Shown piece by piece: positions 34,562 to 34,936 of a stretch of 34,936 bases of DNA. The stretch is taken from positions 1 to 34,936 of the IMG/VR virus record IMGVR_UViG_3300025396_000040; one strand, given 5' to 3'. The position numbers were made by a program, and so were the translations under genes. The notes under the pieces were generated by a model. That model was not told where the DNA came from. It did no database searches and saw only the letters and a program-made list of their open reading frames with translations. Every line of letters begins with the position of its first letter. Position 1 is the stretch's first letter. This DNA comes from a virus (lineage: Duplodnaviria; Caudoviricetes).

Positions 34562-34914
34562 GACGGTTCTTTCTGCCTACCGCGCTTCGGAGCCAGCTCA
34601 CGCTCTTCCTCGGCACTGTGAACGAGCTTGTCACCGACCCACTTGGGATATTCCTCGGGGATGTAGTCCGGTGCAGGAGGGATCGCCGCTGCTTGGGCGA
34701 AGGCTTCCGGCGAAGACGATCCGATGGTGTAATATCCCTGAGCGCGGTGTTGCTCCTCCTGGTCCACATTATACACCAAGACCGGCGGATATTTATCGGG
34801 CGTGCCTTGCCAGTTTGCCTTTTTGTCGGAAAGGTATTCCTCGACCTTTTCCGTCTTTCCCCGCTGGCTGTGCGGGTGATGCATGTGCTTCGGATACTCG
34901 TTGTGTTCCATCAA
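34558..34914 (-). CDS. Hypothetical head-module protein
   Basis: Three (E/K)YP(K/P) repeats, two followed by V...EEE; basic PKRGRQK tail; overlaps the glycosyltransferase 3' end by 122 nt. Confidence 0.7.
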   Translation of the reverse strand: MMEHNEYPKHMHHPHSQRGKTEKVEEYLSDKKANWQGTPDKYPPVLVYNVDQEEQHRAQGYYTIGSSSPEAFAQAAAIPPAPDYIPEEYPKWVGDKLVHSAEEERELAPKRGRQKEPS

Positions 34915-34936
34915 TAGTCCTCGCCCGGTCTCTGAA
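34838..34936 (+). repeat. Terminal direct repeat, copy 2
   Basis: Identical to 1-99. Confidence 0.97.

Larger units (their letters stand above)
1..34936. mobile_element. Complete circular(ised) genome of a P22-like tailed phage (podovirus), probable alphaproteobacterial host
   Basis: Identical 99-bp ends; full head, packaging, tail, lysis, replication and recombination modules; no host chromosomal genes. Confidence 0.93.

Noticed and set aside
1-34936. tRNA, CRISPR array or alternative genetic code
   Set aside because: No cloverleaf or spaced repeats seen by eye; core genes are full length in the standard code, with all three stop codons in use

Overview
This window looks like a complete, circularly assembled genome (34,837 bp unique plus a 99-bp terminal overlap) of a small P22-like podovirus. 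The host is most likely an alphaproteobacterium, judged from a GcrA C-terminal-domain gene, a DnaA domain-IV-like gene, a DUF1376/YdaU replication protein and CtrA-like boxes. A divergent control region at 14659-14753 separates a short rightward early arm (ERF recombinase, SSB-like, Lar-like, DUF3310, HNH) from a long leftward arm. The leftward arm runs Cro-like, resolvase, replication, terminase, portal, scaffold, coat and decoration genes, then continues across the junction through head-tail, ejection, tail and lysis genes. I found no integrase, CI repressor, DNA polymerase, tRNA, CRISPR array or reverse transcriptase. The most unusual feature is four enzyme-like genes woven into the virion morphogenesis operon: (1) a GT-A glycosyltransferase missed by the ORF track because it spans the junction, (2) a sulfotransferase-like protein in the P22 gp14 slot, and (3-4) a translationally coupled pair of a HExxE putative metalloprotein and a divergent PurD-like ATP-grasp ligase. 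Together they suggest an undescribed virion or protein tailoring system. There are also several unannotated small ORFs and RNA-level control elements: a capsid start-codon switch, a counter-transcript upstream of the replication gene, and an HNH RBS hairpin. All family calls come from motif recognition by eye, not database searches.
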